Of a stretch of DNA of 64,000 nt, positions 9,719 through 18,662 are shown one piece after another. The stretch's first letter is position 1. Each line of letters begins with the position of its first letter. The DNA comes from an uncultured Gammaproteobacteria bacterium (GTDB lineage: Bacteria > Pseudomonadota > Gammaproteobacteria > CAWCPV01). The position numbers and the translations under genes were made by a program. The notes below the pieces were generated by a model. The model searched no databases and was not told where the DNA came from. It saw only the letters and a list, made by a program, of their open reading frames with translations. The stretch lies in NCBI GenBank assembly GCA_963797555.1, contig CAWCPV010000016.1, positions 1-64,000 of the forward strand. Reading direction: 5' to 3'.

Positions 9719-11467
9719 CTAGGCCTCTCCGGCGCTCCGTGCGATGCTGGGAGCCTCGATCGGCTGGCTGTCGCCGTGCCGGAAGGTCAATACCACACGG
9801 GTGCCCTCCCCCGGCTCGCTCTCCACGCGCAGCTCCCCCCCCATGCGGCGCGCCCGCTCCTGCATGATGCACAGCCCGATGTGTTCGCCGCGCCGTCCGC
9901 AGTCTGCGCTCATCGCCGGCTGCATGCCCACGCCGTCGTCCTCCACCAACACCCAGTAGTTGCCGACGCCATCGCAACGGAGCAAGACCCTCACCATGCG
10001 CGCCTCGGCATGCTTTCGAGCGTTCGCCAGTGCCTCCTGTACGATGCGCCGCACCTCCATCTCGACGCTGGCAGGAAGGCTGCCGGCGTGCTTGCACTGT
10101 TCCTGAAAAAACGCGGCGATCCCCGTGTCCTTGCGGAACTGAGCAACGAGATCCTCTAGAGCAGGCACTAAACCCCGTCCGTCCACCGGGGCACGGAAAT
10201 GCGCTAGCAGCTCTCGCAGTTCCCTATATGCCTGGTCCAGTCCGCGCATGATCTGGTCCACGTCGCGCCGGGTCTCGGGCTGCCCGGCCTGCAGCGTCTC
10301 ATCCAACACCTTCACTTGGAAACGCAGGCTGGCGAGCGTCTGGGCGAGCGAGTCGTGCAGCTCGTGAGCCATCCGCGTGCGCTCTTGCATGAGGGCCAGG
10401 CTGTGTGCCTCCCGGTCCAGGCGCGTTTTCTCAATAGCCATTCCCAAGTGCCTGCCGATGCTCGTCAACAAGTCATGAAGGTCTTCGCCCTCCTTGGCGA
10501 CCAATCCGGGCTTGTCCACGAACAGGTTGTACACGCCCAGCGTCCGATCGCGGTACTGAAGCGGGACCGCGATCATCTCCAAGTTGTCCTCATCGAACAT
10601 CGGCGTGCCGATGACCGAGTTACACTGGCGCACCGTGGACACGGAGCGAACCTTGCCGTGATGCATGGCGTTGCCGCACAAGCAGCGGTGGGCGGGCAGA
10701 AGGCGTTCCCGCTGCGCCACGTCCTGGGTAAGCCCGACACTCGCCACGAGCTGCATTTGCCCAGTGTCGGTGCGCAGACGCACGGCGCCAGCTCGGGCGT
10801 TCACCACATCCCTGAGGGTGTGCAGCAAACGGCGGAGCAGGTCATTCAGATCCCGCGACACGTTGATGCTGGCAGCGACGTCGTAGAGAACTTGCAGGGA
10901 GTGTGTCTTCTGGGCAAGACGCTCCGTCTGCTTGCGCACCTGGCTGTCCAGATCCAGCGAAAGGCCCTGCAGGGCCTCCCCCAGGCTGTTGATGTCCCGG
11001 GCCAGCTCGGCAAATTCGCCATTCCTCGGGACGGGTATGCGCGCCGCGAGATTGCCGCCCCGCATCCGGAGTGCCCAGTTGCGCAGATAAGCCAAGGGTT
11101 CGAGCAGATGGTGCTGTACTCTGTAGGCCGCCATGGCGATGGCCCCAAGCCCCAGCAGCAGCAGAACTCCTTGCACGACCAGCAAGCTGTGCATGGCTGC
11201 GGGCCACCGCACCGCGCCGATCCCCGCCAAGCCGAGACCGGCCAGGATCGCCAGCAGACTCGCCAATGGCCAAAACAGACGACTCCCCGTCAGCCCGCGC
11301 GACTTCGGACGCCAGCCCGCGGCAGGGGGAATCACGGCCGCCGGCGGCCTCAACTTCTCCGCGGCGCCTCTCGGGTCAGTACTCAGCAATCCCTGGTACC
11401 CTCGACTCCGTGGGCGCGGTCCAGGCTGCGCCTGGCCCGAGCCGGCAGCCCTTTCGCACCCAACCAT
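9719..11467 (-). CDS. NarX-like sensor histidine kinase (2TM-HAMP-GAF-HisKA_3-HATPase)
   Basis: ERTRMAHELHDSLAQ H-box, EALANARKHA N-box, DDGVG and GEGTRV. Start codon uncertain. Confidence 0.92.
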   Translation of the reverse strand: MVGCERAAGSGQAQPGPRPRSRGYQGLLSTDPRGAAEKLRPPAAVIPPAAGWRPKSRGLTGSRLFWPLASLLAILAGLGLAGIGAVRWPAAMHSLLVVQGVLLLLGLGAIAMAAYRVQHHLLEPLAYLRNWALRMRGGNLAARIPVPRNGEFAELARDINSLGEALQGLSLDLDSQVRKQTERLAQKTHSLQVLYDVAASINVSRDLNDLLRRLLHTLRDVVNARAGAVRLRTDTGQMQLVASVGLTQDVAQRERLLPAHRCLCGNAMHHGKVRSVSTVRQCNSVIGTPMFDEDNLEMIAVPLQYRDRTLGVYNLFVDKPGLVAKEGEDLHDLLTSIGRHLGMAIEKTRLDREAHSLALMQERTRMAHELHDSLAQTLASLRFQVKVLDETLQAGQPETRRDVDQIMRGLDQAYRELRELLAHFRAPVDGRGLVPALEDLVAQFRKDTGIAAFFQEQCKHAGSLPASVEMEVRRIVQEALANARKHAEARMVRVLLRCDGVGNYWVLVEDDGVGMQPAMSADCGRRGEHIGLCIMQERARRMGGELRVESEPGEGTRVVLTFRHGDSQPIEAPSIARSAGEA

Positions 11468-11807
11468 CGCTCAAGATGCCGATTCAAAAGCGTATCTATT
11501 TTACCACGTCCCAGTCCGTACAGCGCTGCGAGCGGCTCCGCCCCATGGGCGCCGACCAGCCGCTCGCGACGTGTAAGACTTCCAGCCAGGATGCTGCACC
11601 GGCCCGCAACCGCCCATGGTGAACCCGACCGCCTTCATCAGGGTGGTATCCGTGAGAGCGGCCTGCTGAAGGGTCGCTCCGGTGAGCCAGTCGCTGAAGT
11701 CTTTGGTGCAGATGACGCTTAGGGTAACCTAAACATCGCCTGGAGGCGCCCTTTTGCGGGCGGAGAAAAAACTCCACCGACACCCCAACAAGAAGGAGAC
11801 ACGACCC

Positions 11808-12356
11808 ATGTCCCGCGCACGCCAGCCGATAGGATTCGCCCTGCTCATCTGTGGTTGCCTCGGTTCTCTGGCCGCCGAGGCCGACGGAGTACATATCGCA
11901 GCCGTCGGCGTCCAGAGCTCGGTGTCCGGCACCGTGAACGGCCAGCCCTTCGAACAATACAGTCTGGACTTACGTCTGTCCTTGCCCTGGGCATGGAGCT
12001 TGCCGTTCGGTCTGTCCGTTACACCGGAGGTCGAGTTGACTGGGAGCTACTTGCGCCTGCAGGGCGATTCCGCAGGCGCTGCCTTCGCCGGCGCGGCGGT
12101 GTCTCTCACCAAGAAGCTCATGCCGCAAGTTTCTCTGTTCGCCGAAGTGGGAACCGGGCCGACGCTGATTAGCAACCACCAGTTCGGAACGCTCGACCTC
12201 GGTGGCCCTCTGCAGTTCACGCACCACCTATCGGTAGGGCTCAGGGCCGCGAACGTGGTCCTTGCTTTGCGTTTCCAACACATGTCCAATGCCCATATCT
12301 ACGCGGAAAACCCCGGTGCCGACGTTCGGCTGCTCGAACTCGACTATCGTTTCTGA
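11808..12356 (+). CDS. PagL-like acyloxyacyl hydrolase (outer-membrane beta-barrel)
   Basis: Signal peptide, RFQHMSNA...NPG catalytic motif, C-terminal Phe; RBS AAGGAG. Confidence 0.82.
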   Translation: MSRARQPIGFALLICGCLGSLAAEADGVHIAAVGVQSSVSGTVNGQPFEQYSLDLRLSLPWAWSLPFGLSVTPEVELTGSYLRLQGDSAGAAFAGAAVSLTKKLMPQVSLFAEVGTGPTLISNHQFGTLDLGGPLQFTHHLSVGLRAANVVLALRFQHMSNAHIYAENPGADVRLLELDYRF

Positions 12357-12521
12357 ATCCGTCGGCAAGACGGCTGGACATCCTCCGACGAAGGAGTTGC
12401 CTGCTCCCACCGGCGCTGGTCGGCAGGGCGTCCATACGCTCGACCCCTCGACATCGGTTCCGATATACTCACAGCGCCAGACACCGCCTACCCGCCACGC
12501 TAGCTTTGCACACCCCGCGCC

Positions 12522-14369
12522 GTGCATCACATCAGCCGCATCTCACGCCCGCATCCGGACCGCCAGGACTGGGCTAACCTGGGTTTCGTGGTCCCTTACC
12601 TGTGGGAATATCGCACGCGAGTGCTGCTCGCCGTGGCGACCCTGCTCGTCGCCAAGCTGGCCACCGTGGCGGTCCCCCTGGTGCTGAAGGCCATTGTGGA
12701 TGCATTGAGTCCGAGCACGCACGCCGCCATCGGCCTGCCTCTGGTTCTCCTCGTCGCCTACGGCCTGTTGCGGGTCGTCAGCTCTCTGTTCAACGAGCTG
12801 CGCGATGCCATCTTCGCCAGAGTGCGCTTCCGCGCCATGCGCCGACTATCCGCCAGGGTGCTGGCGCATCTACACGACCTCAGCATGCGCTTCCACCTGG
12901 AACGGCGCACGGGAGCCATCTCCCGGGATCTGGAACGGGGAGCGCGCAGCGTCAGCTCGCTGCTCAACTATATGGTCTTCAATATCCTGCCGACCTTCGT
13001 CGAGTTCACACTGGTGGCCGCTATCCTCCTGGCGCGGTACCAGCCCCGTTTCACCCTGGTCACATTCGCAGCGGTTGCCGTTTACATCGGCTTCACCCTC
13101 TCCCTCACCGAGTGGCGCATGGATTTCCGCCATGCCATGAACGCCCTGGATTCTAACGCCAACAACCAGGCGGTAGACAGTCTGACCAACTACGAGACGG
13201 TGAAGTCCTTCACCAACGAGGGCTTCGAGGTGAGGAGCTACGACGAGACCCTGGCCTCTTGGGAGGATGCGGCCGTCAAGACCCAGACCTCCATGTCGCT
13301 GCTGAACTTCGGCCAGGGCGCCATCATCGCCGCGGCCGTGACACTCATCATGGTGTTCGCGGCCCGGGGCGTCGCCGACGGGAGTCTGACCCTGGGCGAT
13401 CTGGTGCTGGTGAACGCTTTCCTGCTGCAGCTCTTCATGCCGCTCAACATGCTGGGGGTCGTATACCGCCAGATGAAGTATGCCCTGGCCGACATGGACC
13501 TCACCGTCAAGCTGCTCGCGCGGGAAGCGGAGATACGGGACCGCCCCGGTGCGCCCCGCTTGCGCGTCGATCGAGGGGCTATCCGTTTCGAGCACGTGGA
13601 TTTCGCCTACAAGCCGGAACGGGAGATCCTTTTCGACGTGGATTTTTCGGTGTCGCCTGGCAACAAGGTCGCCGTCGTGGGCGCCTCGGGCGCCGGCAAA
13701 TCAACAATCGCCCGCCTGCTTTTCCGCTACTACGACGTGGACGCTGGCCGCATCCTGATCGACGAGCAGGATGTCCGCGACATAACGCAGCGAAGCCTGC
13801 GCCAGGCCATCGGCATCGTCCCCCAGGACACGGTCCTGTTCAACGAGTCCATTTACTACAACATCGCCTACGGCAAGGCTGACGCTCGCCGTCCGGAAGT
13901 AGTCGGCGCCGCGCGCCTCGCGCACATCCACCACTTCATCGAGTCCCTGCCCCAAGGCTATGACACCCTGGTCGGCGAACGGGGGCTCAAGCTGTCCGGC
14001 GGAGAGAAGCAGCGCGTCGCCATTGCCCGCGCCATCCTCAAGAATCCCCGTATCCTGGTGTTCGACGAGGCCACCTCGTCGCTCGACTCCGAGTCCGAGC
14101 AGGCGATCCTGGAGGCCCTCCGTGACGTGGCGGTAAGCCACACGACCCTGGTCATCGCGCATCGGCTTTCCACCGTCGTCGACGCACACCAAATACTGGT
14201 CATGGACCAGGGGCACATCGCGGAGCGGGGTACCCACCGTGAGCTACTGGCGAGCGATGGTCTGTACGCGCGGATGTGGGCGCTGCAACAGGCGGAGCGG
14301 CAGTCCGGGGCTTCAGCACTGCCTCGCGCACCACTCGACTGGATGGCACCGAGCGAAGAACTCCTGTAG
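12522..14369 (+). CDS. ATM1/HMT1-like ABC exporter (fused permease and ATPase)
   Basis: FHLERRTGAISR, NYETVK, Walker A GASGAGKS, LSGGEKQR signature and DEATS. Confidence 0.93.
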   Translation: MHHISRISRPHPDRQDWANLGFVVPYLWEYRTRVLLAVATLLVAKLATVAVPLVLKAIVDALSPSTHAAIGLPLVLLVAYGLLRVVSSLFNELRDAIFARVRFRAMRRLSARVLAHLHDLSMRFHLERRTGAISRDLERGARSVSSLLNYMVFNILPTFVEFTLVAAILLARYQPRFTLVTFAAVAVYIGFTLSLTEWRMDFRHAMNALDSNANNQAVDSLTNYETVKSFTNEGFEVRSYDETLASWEDAAVKTQTSMSLLNFGQGAIIAAAVTLIMVFAARGVADGSLTLGDLVLVNAFLLQLFMPLNMLGVVYRQMKYALADMDLTVKLLAREAEIRDRPGAPRLRVDRGAIRFEHVDFAYKPEREILFDVDFSVSPGNKVAVVGASGAGKSTIARLLFRYYDVDAGRILIDEQDVRDITQRSLRQAIGIVPQDTVLFNESIYYNIAYGKADARRPEVVGAARLAHIHHFIESLPQGYDTLVGERGLKLSGGEKQRVAIARAILKNPRILVFDEATSSLDSESEQAILEALRDVAVSHTTLVIAHRLSTVVDAHQILVMDQGHIAERGTHRELLASDGLYARMWALQQAERQSGASALPRAPLDWMAPSEELL

Positions 14370-14429
14370 CCCCGCCTGCAGCAGCGCTCGACAGCCCCCG
14401 CGAGCGCCGTACGAAACTAGCCGCCCGCA

Positions 14430-14640
14430 GGTTCAACGAAGACGGATTCCTCGAGGACCCGCCGATCTGGAACAGGAGGGCGCACAGCATATCGAGGAAG
14501 AGGGTGGCCTCGAACGCCCGACGCCCACTCACCCGGATGTCATCCATTGCCTCCGGGAGCGCTATCTGCCGTTTGGCTCTTTGCCGCCGATGAGCCGTAT
14601 CTGCCGGCTCGACCACCTCGAAGGGCACTGTCCACCACGG
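14430..14640 (+). pseudogene. Degraded TusE/DsrC/DsvC-family sulfur relay gene
   Basis: FNEDGFLEDPPIWN in one frame continues as ...HPDVIHCLRERYLPFGSLPPMSRICR in another. No clear start or C-terminus. Confidence 0.65.
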
Positions 14641-14768
14641 CCGAAGCAGTGGAATATCGCCGCCGCCCACTCGTCTATACTATGGCGCGGCGCCGTCACC
14701 CTGGTTGCACGTGACAACGGGTCCGGTCCGCAAAGTGCGCAGCACAGCATCGTGTGGGGAGAAGCAAA

Positions 14769-14951
14769 ATGTCGAAGGGCAGGGTTCAGGAGTATCTGGA
14801 AAAGGCCAACGAGCTGGAACAGTTGGCGGCCGAGCTGAGACACGAGGTCAAGGAGATTGTCGAGCAGTTGGCCAAGGCGCGACGAGCTGACGTGAGGCAG
14901 ATAGTGGAGGAAATATTCGGCTCCGACCTCGCGCCGAAGGACGATCGCTGA
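14769..14951 (+). CDS. Small helical hypothetical protein (60 aa)
   Basis: Protein-like, charged coiled-coil composition; GGGGA RBS-like sequence upstream. Confidence 0.55.
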   Translation: MSKGRVQEYLEKANELEQLAAELRHEVKEIVEQLAKARRADVRQIVEEIFGSDLAPKDDR

Positions 14952-15152
14952 GACCTCATCGCCCCCCGCCCCGCGTCGAGCCTTTGGGGGATCTCGACTC
15001 CCACCCATCGGGGTGGGGACAAGTCGAGAGTGCACTGACACGGCAGCCGCCTCCGTGAGCCTCGCGCAGAACGGACGGGACATCCGGCTCATGGCGCCTC
15101 GTGCCTGTGGCCCTGATTCCGCAGACAATGCGATTCCTCCGGCGTCGGAGAT

Positions 15153-16625
15153 TTGGGCAGCGGACAAGAGACTCCGGTCCAAGACCTCGACGGCTCCGGG
15201 CGACCATCACTTCGGCCCGGACCCACACCACAAGCTCGCGATGAAACCCTGTGCGGACAGTATGTCAGCGAGCGAGTCTTGACAGAGCTGGCGGAAAGAC
15301 CGCGCGTCGTCGTCATTGGCGGCGGTTTCGGCGGGTTGGCTGCGGCGTACGAGCTGGCAAGTCGAAGCATCCGTCCGACGGTTGTGGAACAGGATGCCTC
15401 CCTGGGGGGGCTCGCCGGCAGCTTTCAGGTTCAGGGCGCACGCCTGGAGAAGTTCTACCACCATTGGTTCACGAACGACCAGCACGTCGTGCGGCCCCTC
15501 ATGGAAATCAACGCCCAGGACCGCATCGTTTACCGGCACACCGCCACCGGGATGTATTTCACCAACCAATGTTACCGACTGTCGACACCGTTCGACCTCT
15601 TGCGGTTCACGCCGTTGCGTGCCGCGGATCGGGTGCGGCTCGGCCTGTCGACGCTGCGCGCCCGCTCCGTACGACACTGGAGAAGGCTGGAAGGACTCAC
15701 TGCCGCCGAGTGGCTCACGAGTGTGGCTGGCGAGAAGGTGTACCGGTCCGTTTGGGAGCCCCTGCTGCGCGGGAAGTTCGGCCCGTACGCGGAGGAGGTA
15801 TCGGCGGTGTGGTTCTGGAACAAGCTCAAGCTACGGGGCGGCAGCCGCGGAAAGGGCGGGCGCGAGTTGCTCGGATACTACCGCGGCGGATTCGCCGGGC
15901 TGGCCGATAGGATTGCCTCGGAGATCTCGGCTCGTGGCGGTGAGATCCGGACTCAAACGGCTGCCCTCTCTCTGCTCGTCCGCGAAGGCCGGGTGTGTGG
16001 CGTACGGACAAATCGGGGCGACATCGAAGCCGATGCTGTCATCGCCACGCCGGCCCTGCCGGTCATCGCGGACCTTGTCAAGCCGCACGTCTCGCAACAC
16101 TATCTCGACCGGCTTCACAAGATTCGGTACCTCGCCAACCTATGTCTGGTGCTGGAGCTGGACCGAAGCCTCTCCAGCACGTACTGGCTGAATGTCACTG
16201 ACCCGCACTTCCCATTTGTGGCCGTGATCGAGCACACGAACTTCGAACCGGCAGAAACCTATGGGGGACGACATATCGTGTATCTTTCCAAGTACCTGCC
16301 CGATTCCGATCCTTTGTACCGCACCACAGACGACGAGGTGCTGGACTACTGTGTGCCCTATCTGAGCGAGATGTTCCCTGCGCTGCGCGCGGACTGGATT
16401 CGAGCGTACTACGTGTGGCGGGCGCCCTACGCCCAGCCTATCGTGGTCCGACACTACGGCGAGATCATTCCGGAGGTGCAGAGCCCATTAGCCGGGTTTT
16501 ATATTGCGACGATGGCCCAGATCTATCCGGAAGACCGGGGCACGAACTACGCCATACGCGATGGCCGCAGAGCGGCACGTATAGCAGCCACGGTGCTCGC
16601 GGATCGAAGCAGTACGCATCCGTAG
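15153..16625 (+). CDS. FAD-dependent oxidoreductase (amine oxidase / protoporphyrinogen oxidase-like)
   Basis: VVIGGGFGGLAAA Rossmann motif, LEKFYHH and AQIYPEDRGTNYAI. True start probably near 15279. Confidence 0.88.
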   Translation: MGSGQETPVQDLDGSGRPSLRPGPTPQARDETLCGQYVSERVLTELAERPRVVVIGGGFGGLAAAYELASRSIRPTVVEQDASLGGLAGSFQVQGARLEKFYHHWFTNDQHVVRPLMEINAQDRIVYRHTATGMYFTNQCYRLSTPFDLLRFTPLRAADRVRLGLSTLRARSVRHWRRLEGLTAAEWLTSVAGEKVYRSVWEPLLRGKFGPYAEEVSAVWFWNKLKLRGGSRGKGGRELLGYYRGGFAGLADRIASEISARGGEIRTQTAALSLLVREGRVCGVRTNRGDIEADAVIATPALPVIADLVKPHVSQHYLDRLHKIRYLANLCLVLELDRSLSSTYWLNVTDPHFPFVAVIEHTNFEPAETYGGRHIVYLSKYLPDSDPLYRTTDDEVLDYCVPYLSEMFPALRADWIRAYYVWRAPYAQPIVVRHYGEIIPEVQSPLAGFYIATMAQIYPEDRGTNYAIRDGRRAARIAATVLADRSSTHP

Positions 16626-16680
16626 CCGCACACCACGGCCTGCGGCCCGTGGGACGGCCGCTCGCGATAACGACCCACTC

Positions 16681-18276
16681 ATGGGGACCAATCCGCTGAC
16701 GAAGACGTTCTCGCAGGCCTGCGCGGGCCGAGTGGGCAGACACCCGCGCGCCACGCTGCTCATCCTCCTAGGGCTCAGCGTGTTCATCAGCCTCACCCGC
16801 TGGCACACCTACCACGAGCCCCTAGAGCGGGACTTGACGACTTACGCCGTGATCGCCCACGAGATCGTGCACGGTCGGGATCTGTATCAAGACCTTTGGG
16901 ACCACAAGCCACCGGCGATCTACGCGACCTATGCGATGGCGGAGCTCGTCGCCGGATTCGGCCCGGGCAGCGTGTACCTGCTCGGCGTCGCCGCGGCAAT
17001 CCTTACGCTGCTGGGCGTGTATGTCGCTGGTTGCAATGGGGCCGGCACGCGCAGCGCCGGCCTCTGGGCGGCAACGTTTTGGGCACTCAGTTGCGGGGAC
17101 CTCGCCCTGCAGGCTAATCAGCCCAACACGGAAGTGTTCATCAACGCCTGCGTGGTGTGGGGCTTCGCGCTCTGGCTGCGACCGTGGCCACGGCGCCGCT
17201 TGGGCTGGGCGGTAACCATCGGCCTCCTGTTCGGGCTGGGAACCCTTTACAAGCAAGTCGTCGCGGTAATTCCGGCGTCGATCGGCGCGGTCCATGTCAT
17301 GGCCCGGCCGGGGGGGCAGCAGTCTCGAACGCGCGCTCTTGGGGATGTCGCTGTGATCGGGAGCGTAATCGTGCTGAGCTGGGCCACCGTCGCAGTCTAT
17401 TTTGCCAGCACCGGCCACCTGGCGGCATTCTACGAGCAGGTCGTGCTGTACAACCGTGAGTATGCGGGAAACCTGTTATCCAACCTCGTGGAGTCTCTGC
17501 ACCCCAGCCTGCTGCAACCCCCCCTCATGCGTTTCATGCTGCCGCTCTGGGTCGTTGCCCTTCTGGGCGCGGCGCTGTCCGCCAGCCGCAGGCTCGCTCA
17601 GCCGTGGCGTATGTGGCTGGCCCTTTCCCTCGGCACTCAGGTGGCCGTCGCGCTTCCTGGCTATTTTTATCCGCACTACTACCAGCTCTGGCTTCCCGTG
17701 GCCACAGTGGGCGCCGGCTGGGCCATCGCAGGCGGAACCGCCGGGCACACCGAACGCTTTTCATGGCTTCCCGCGGCCGTCGGCGTTCTTCTCTGCGCCT
17801 CCCTGGTACTTCACCAACTCCCCAACTACTGGGCCTCCCCGGAGGAGTGGTCGCAGCGCAAATACGGCAGCCCTCTCTTCGTCGTCTCGAAGCGTCTGGG
17901 GCGCGACATCGATCGACTGTTGGAGCCGGATGAGCGATTCTACGAGTGGGGCAATGAGACGGGGCTGTACTTCTACAGCCGGCGCTCGCCGCCGACGGGC
18001 GTGTTCTACGTCTATCCGTTGATCCGCGGACCGTTCGCCGCAAGGCTGTCTGAACGCGTCGTGTCGGACCTCCACCGTCACCCGCCGGAGGTCTTCATCG
18101 TTGAGCGCGAGGCGCTCGCGATGGCAGCCGGTCACAACCCGGTGCTCGACTGGTTCGCCACGCGCTACGTCCCTATGCGCAAGAACTCCATCGGGGACCC
18201 CTTCGCGCTGTACATACGCCGGGGCGGCGCGCTGGAAGCGCGCCTGCTGGCAAAGTCGAGATCCGGCCATCGCTGA
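16681..18276 (+). CDS. ArnT/PMT-like (GT-C) membrane glycosyltransferase
   Basis: LYQDLWDHKPP and YPHYY motifs; about 11 TM helices. Confidence 0.8.
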   Translation: MGTNPLTKTFSQACAGRVGRHPRATLLILLGLSVFISLTRWHTYHEPLERDLTTYAVIAHEIVHGRDLYQDLWDHKPPAIYATYAMAELVAGFGPGSVYLLGVAAAILTLLGVYVAGCNGAGTRSAGLWAATFWALSCGDLALQANQPNTEVFINACVVWGFALWLRPWPRRRLGWAVTIGLLFGLGTLYKQVVAVIPASIGAVHVMARPGGQQSRTRALGDVAVIGSVIVLSWATVAVYFASTGHLAAFYEQVVLYNREYAGNLLSNLVESLHPSLLQPPLMRFMLPLWVVALLGAALSASRRLAQPWRMWLALSLGTQVAVALPGYFYPHYYQLWLPVATVGAGWAIAGGTAGHTERFSWLPAAVGVLLCASLVLHQLPNYWASPEEWSQRKYGSPLFVVSKRLGRDIDRLLEPDERFYEWGNETGLYFYSRRSPPTGVFYVYPLIRGPFAARLSERVVSDLHRHPPEVFIVEREALAMAAGHNPVLDWFATRYVPMRKNSIGDPFALYIRRGGALEARLLAKSRSGHR

Positions 18277-18662
18277 CAAGCCGCGGAAGATGCCAGGAGT
18301 CGCGCCAACGAGGAGCCGATTCAGGCCGATGGGTCAGCACCGTGCGCTCGACCGGGCCGGCGCCGCCAAGGACCGCGAACCCGCGGAACACCCGCCCGGC
18401 AGTCGCTTACCGCTCGGCCACTCGCGACGCAGCAGCACGGCGCGAGCGGGGACATCTGCAGCATCAGCCTGGCGCGGTGAGGGACGTAGGTGGCCTAAGC
18501 ACTTCTTGGTCCACGGCGGCCGCCAGCCTGCCAGTGATTCCCCGCCGGCAAGTCCGGCAGTGAGCCCTCTCGGCGCGTTGTTGCGCCGTACTGTCATCCT
18601 GTGGATTGCGCCCCGACGTTCTGCTAAGTTTCAAGTTATAGGCGCTCTCGGCGCTGGACAGG

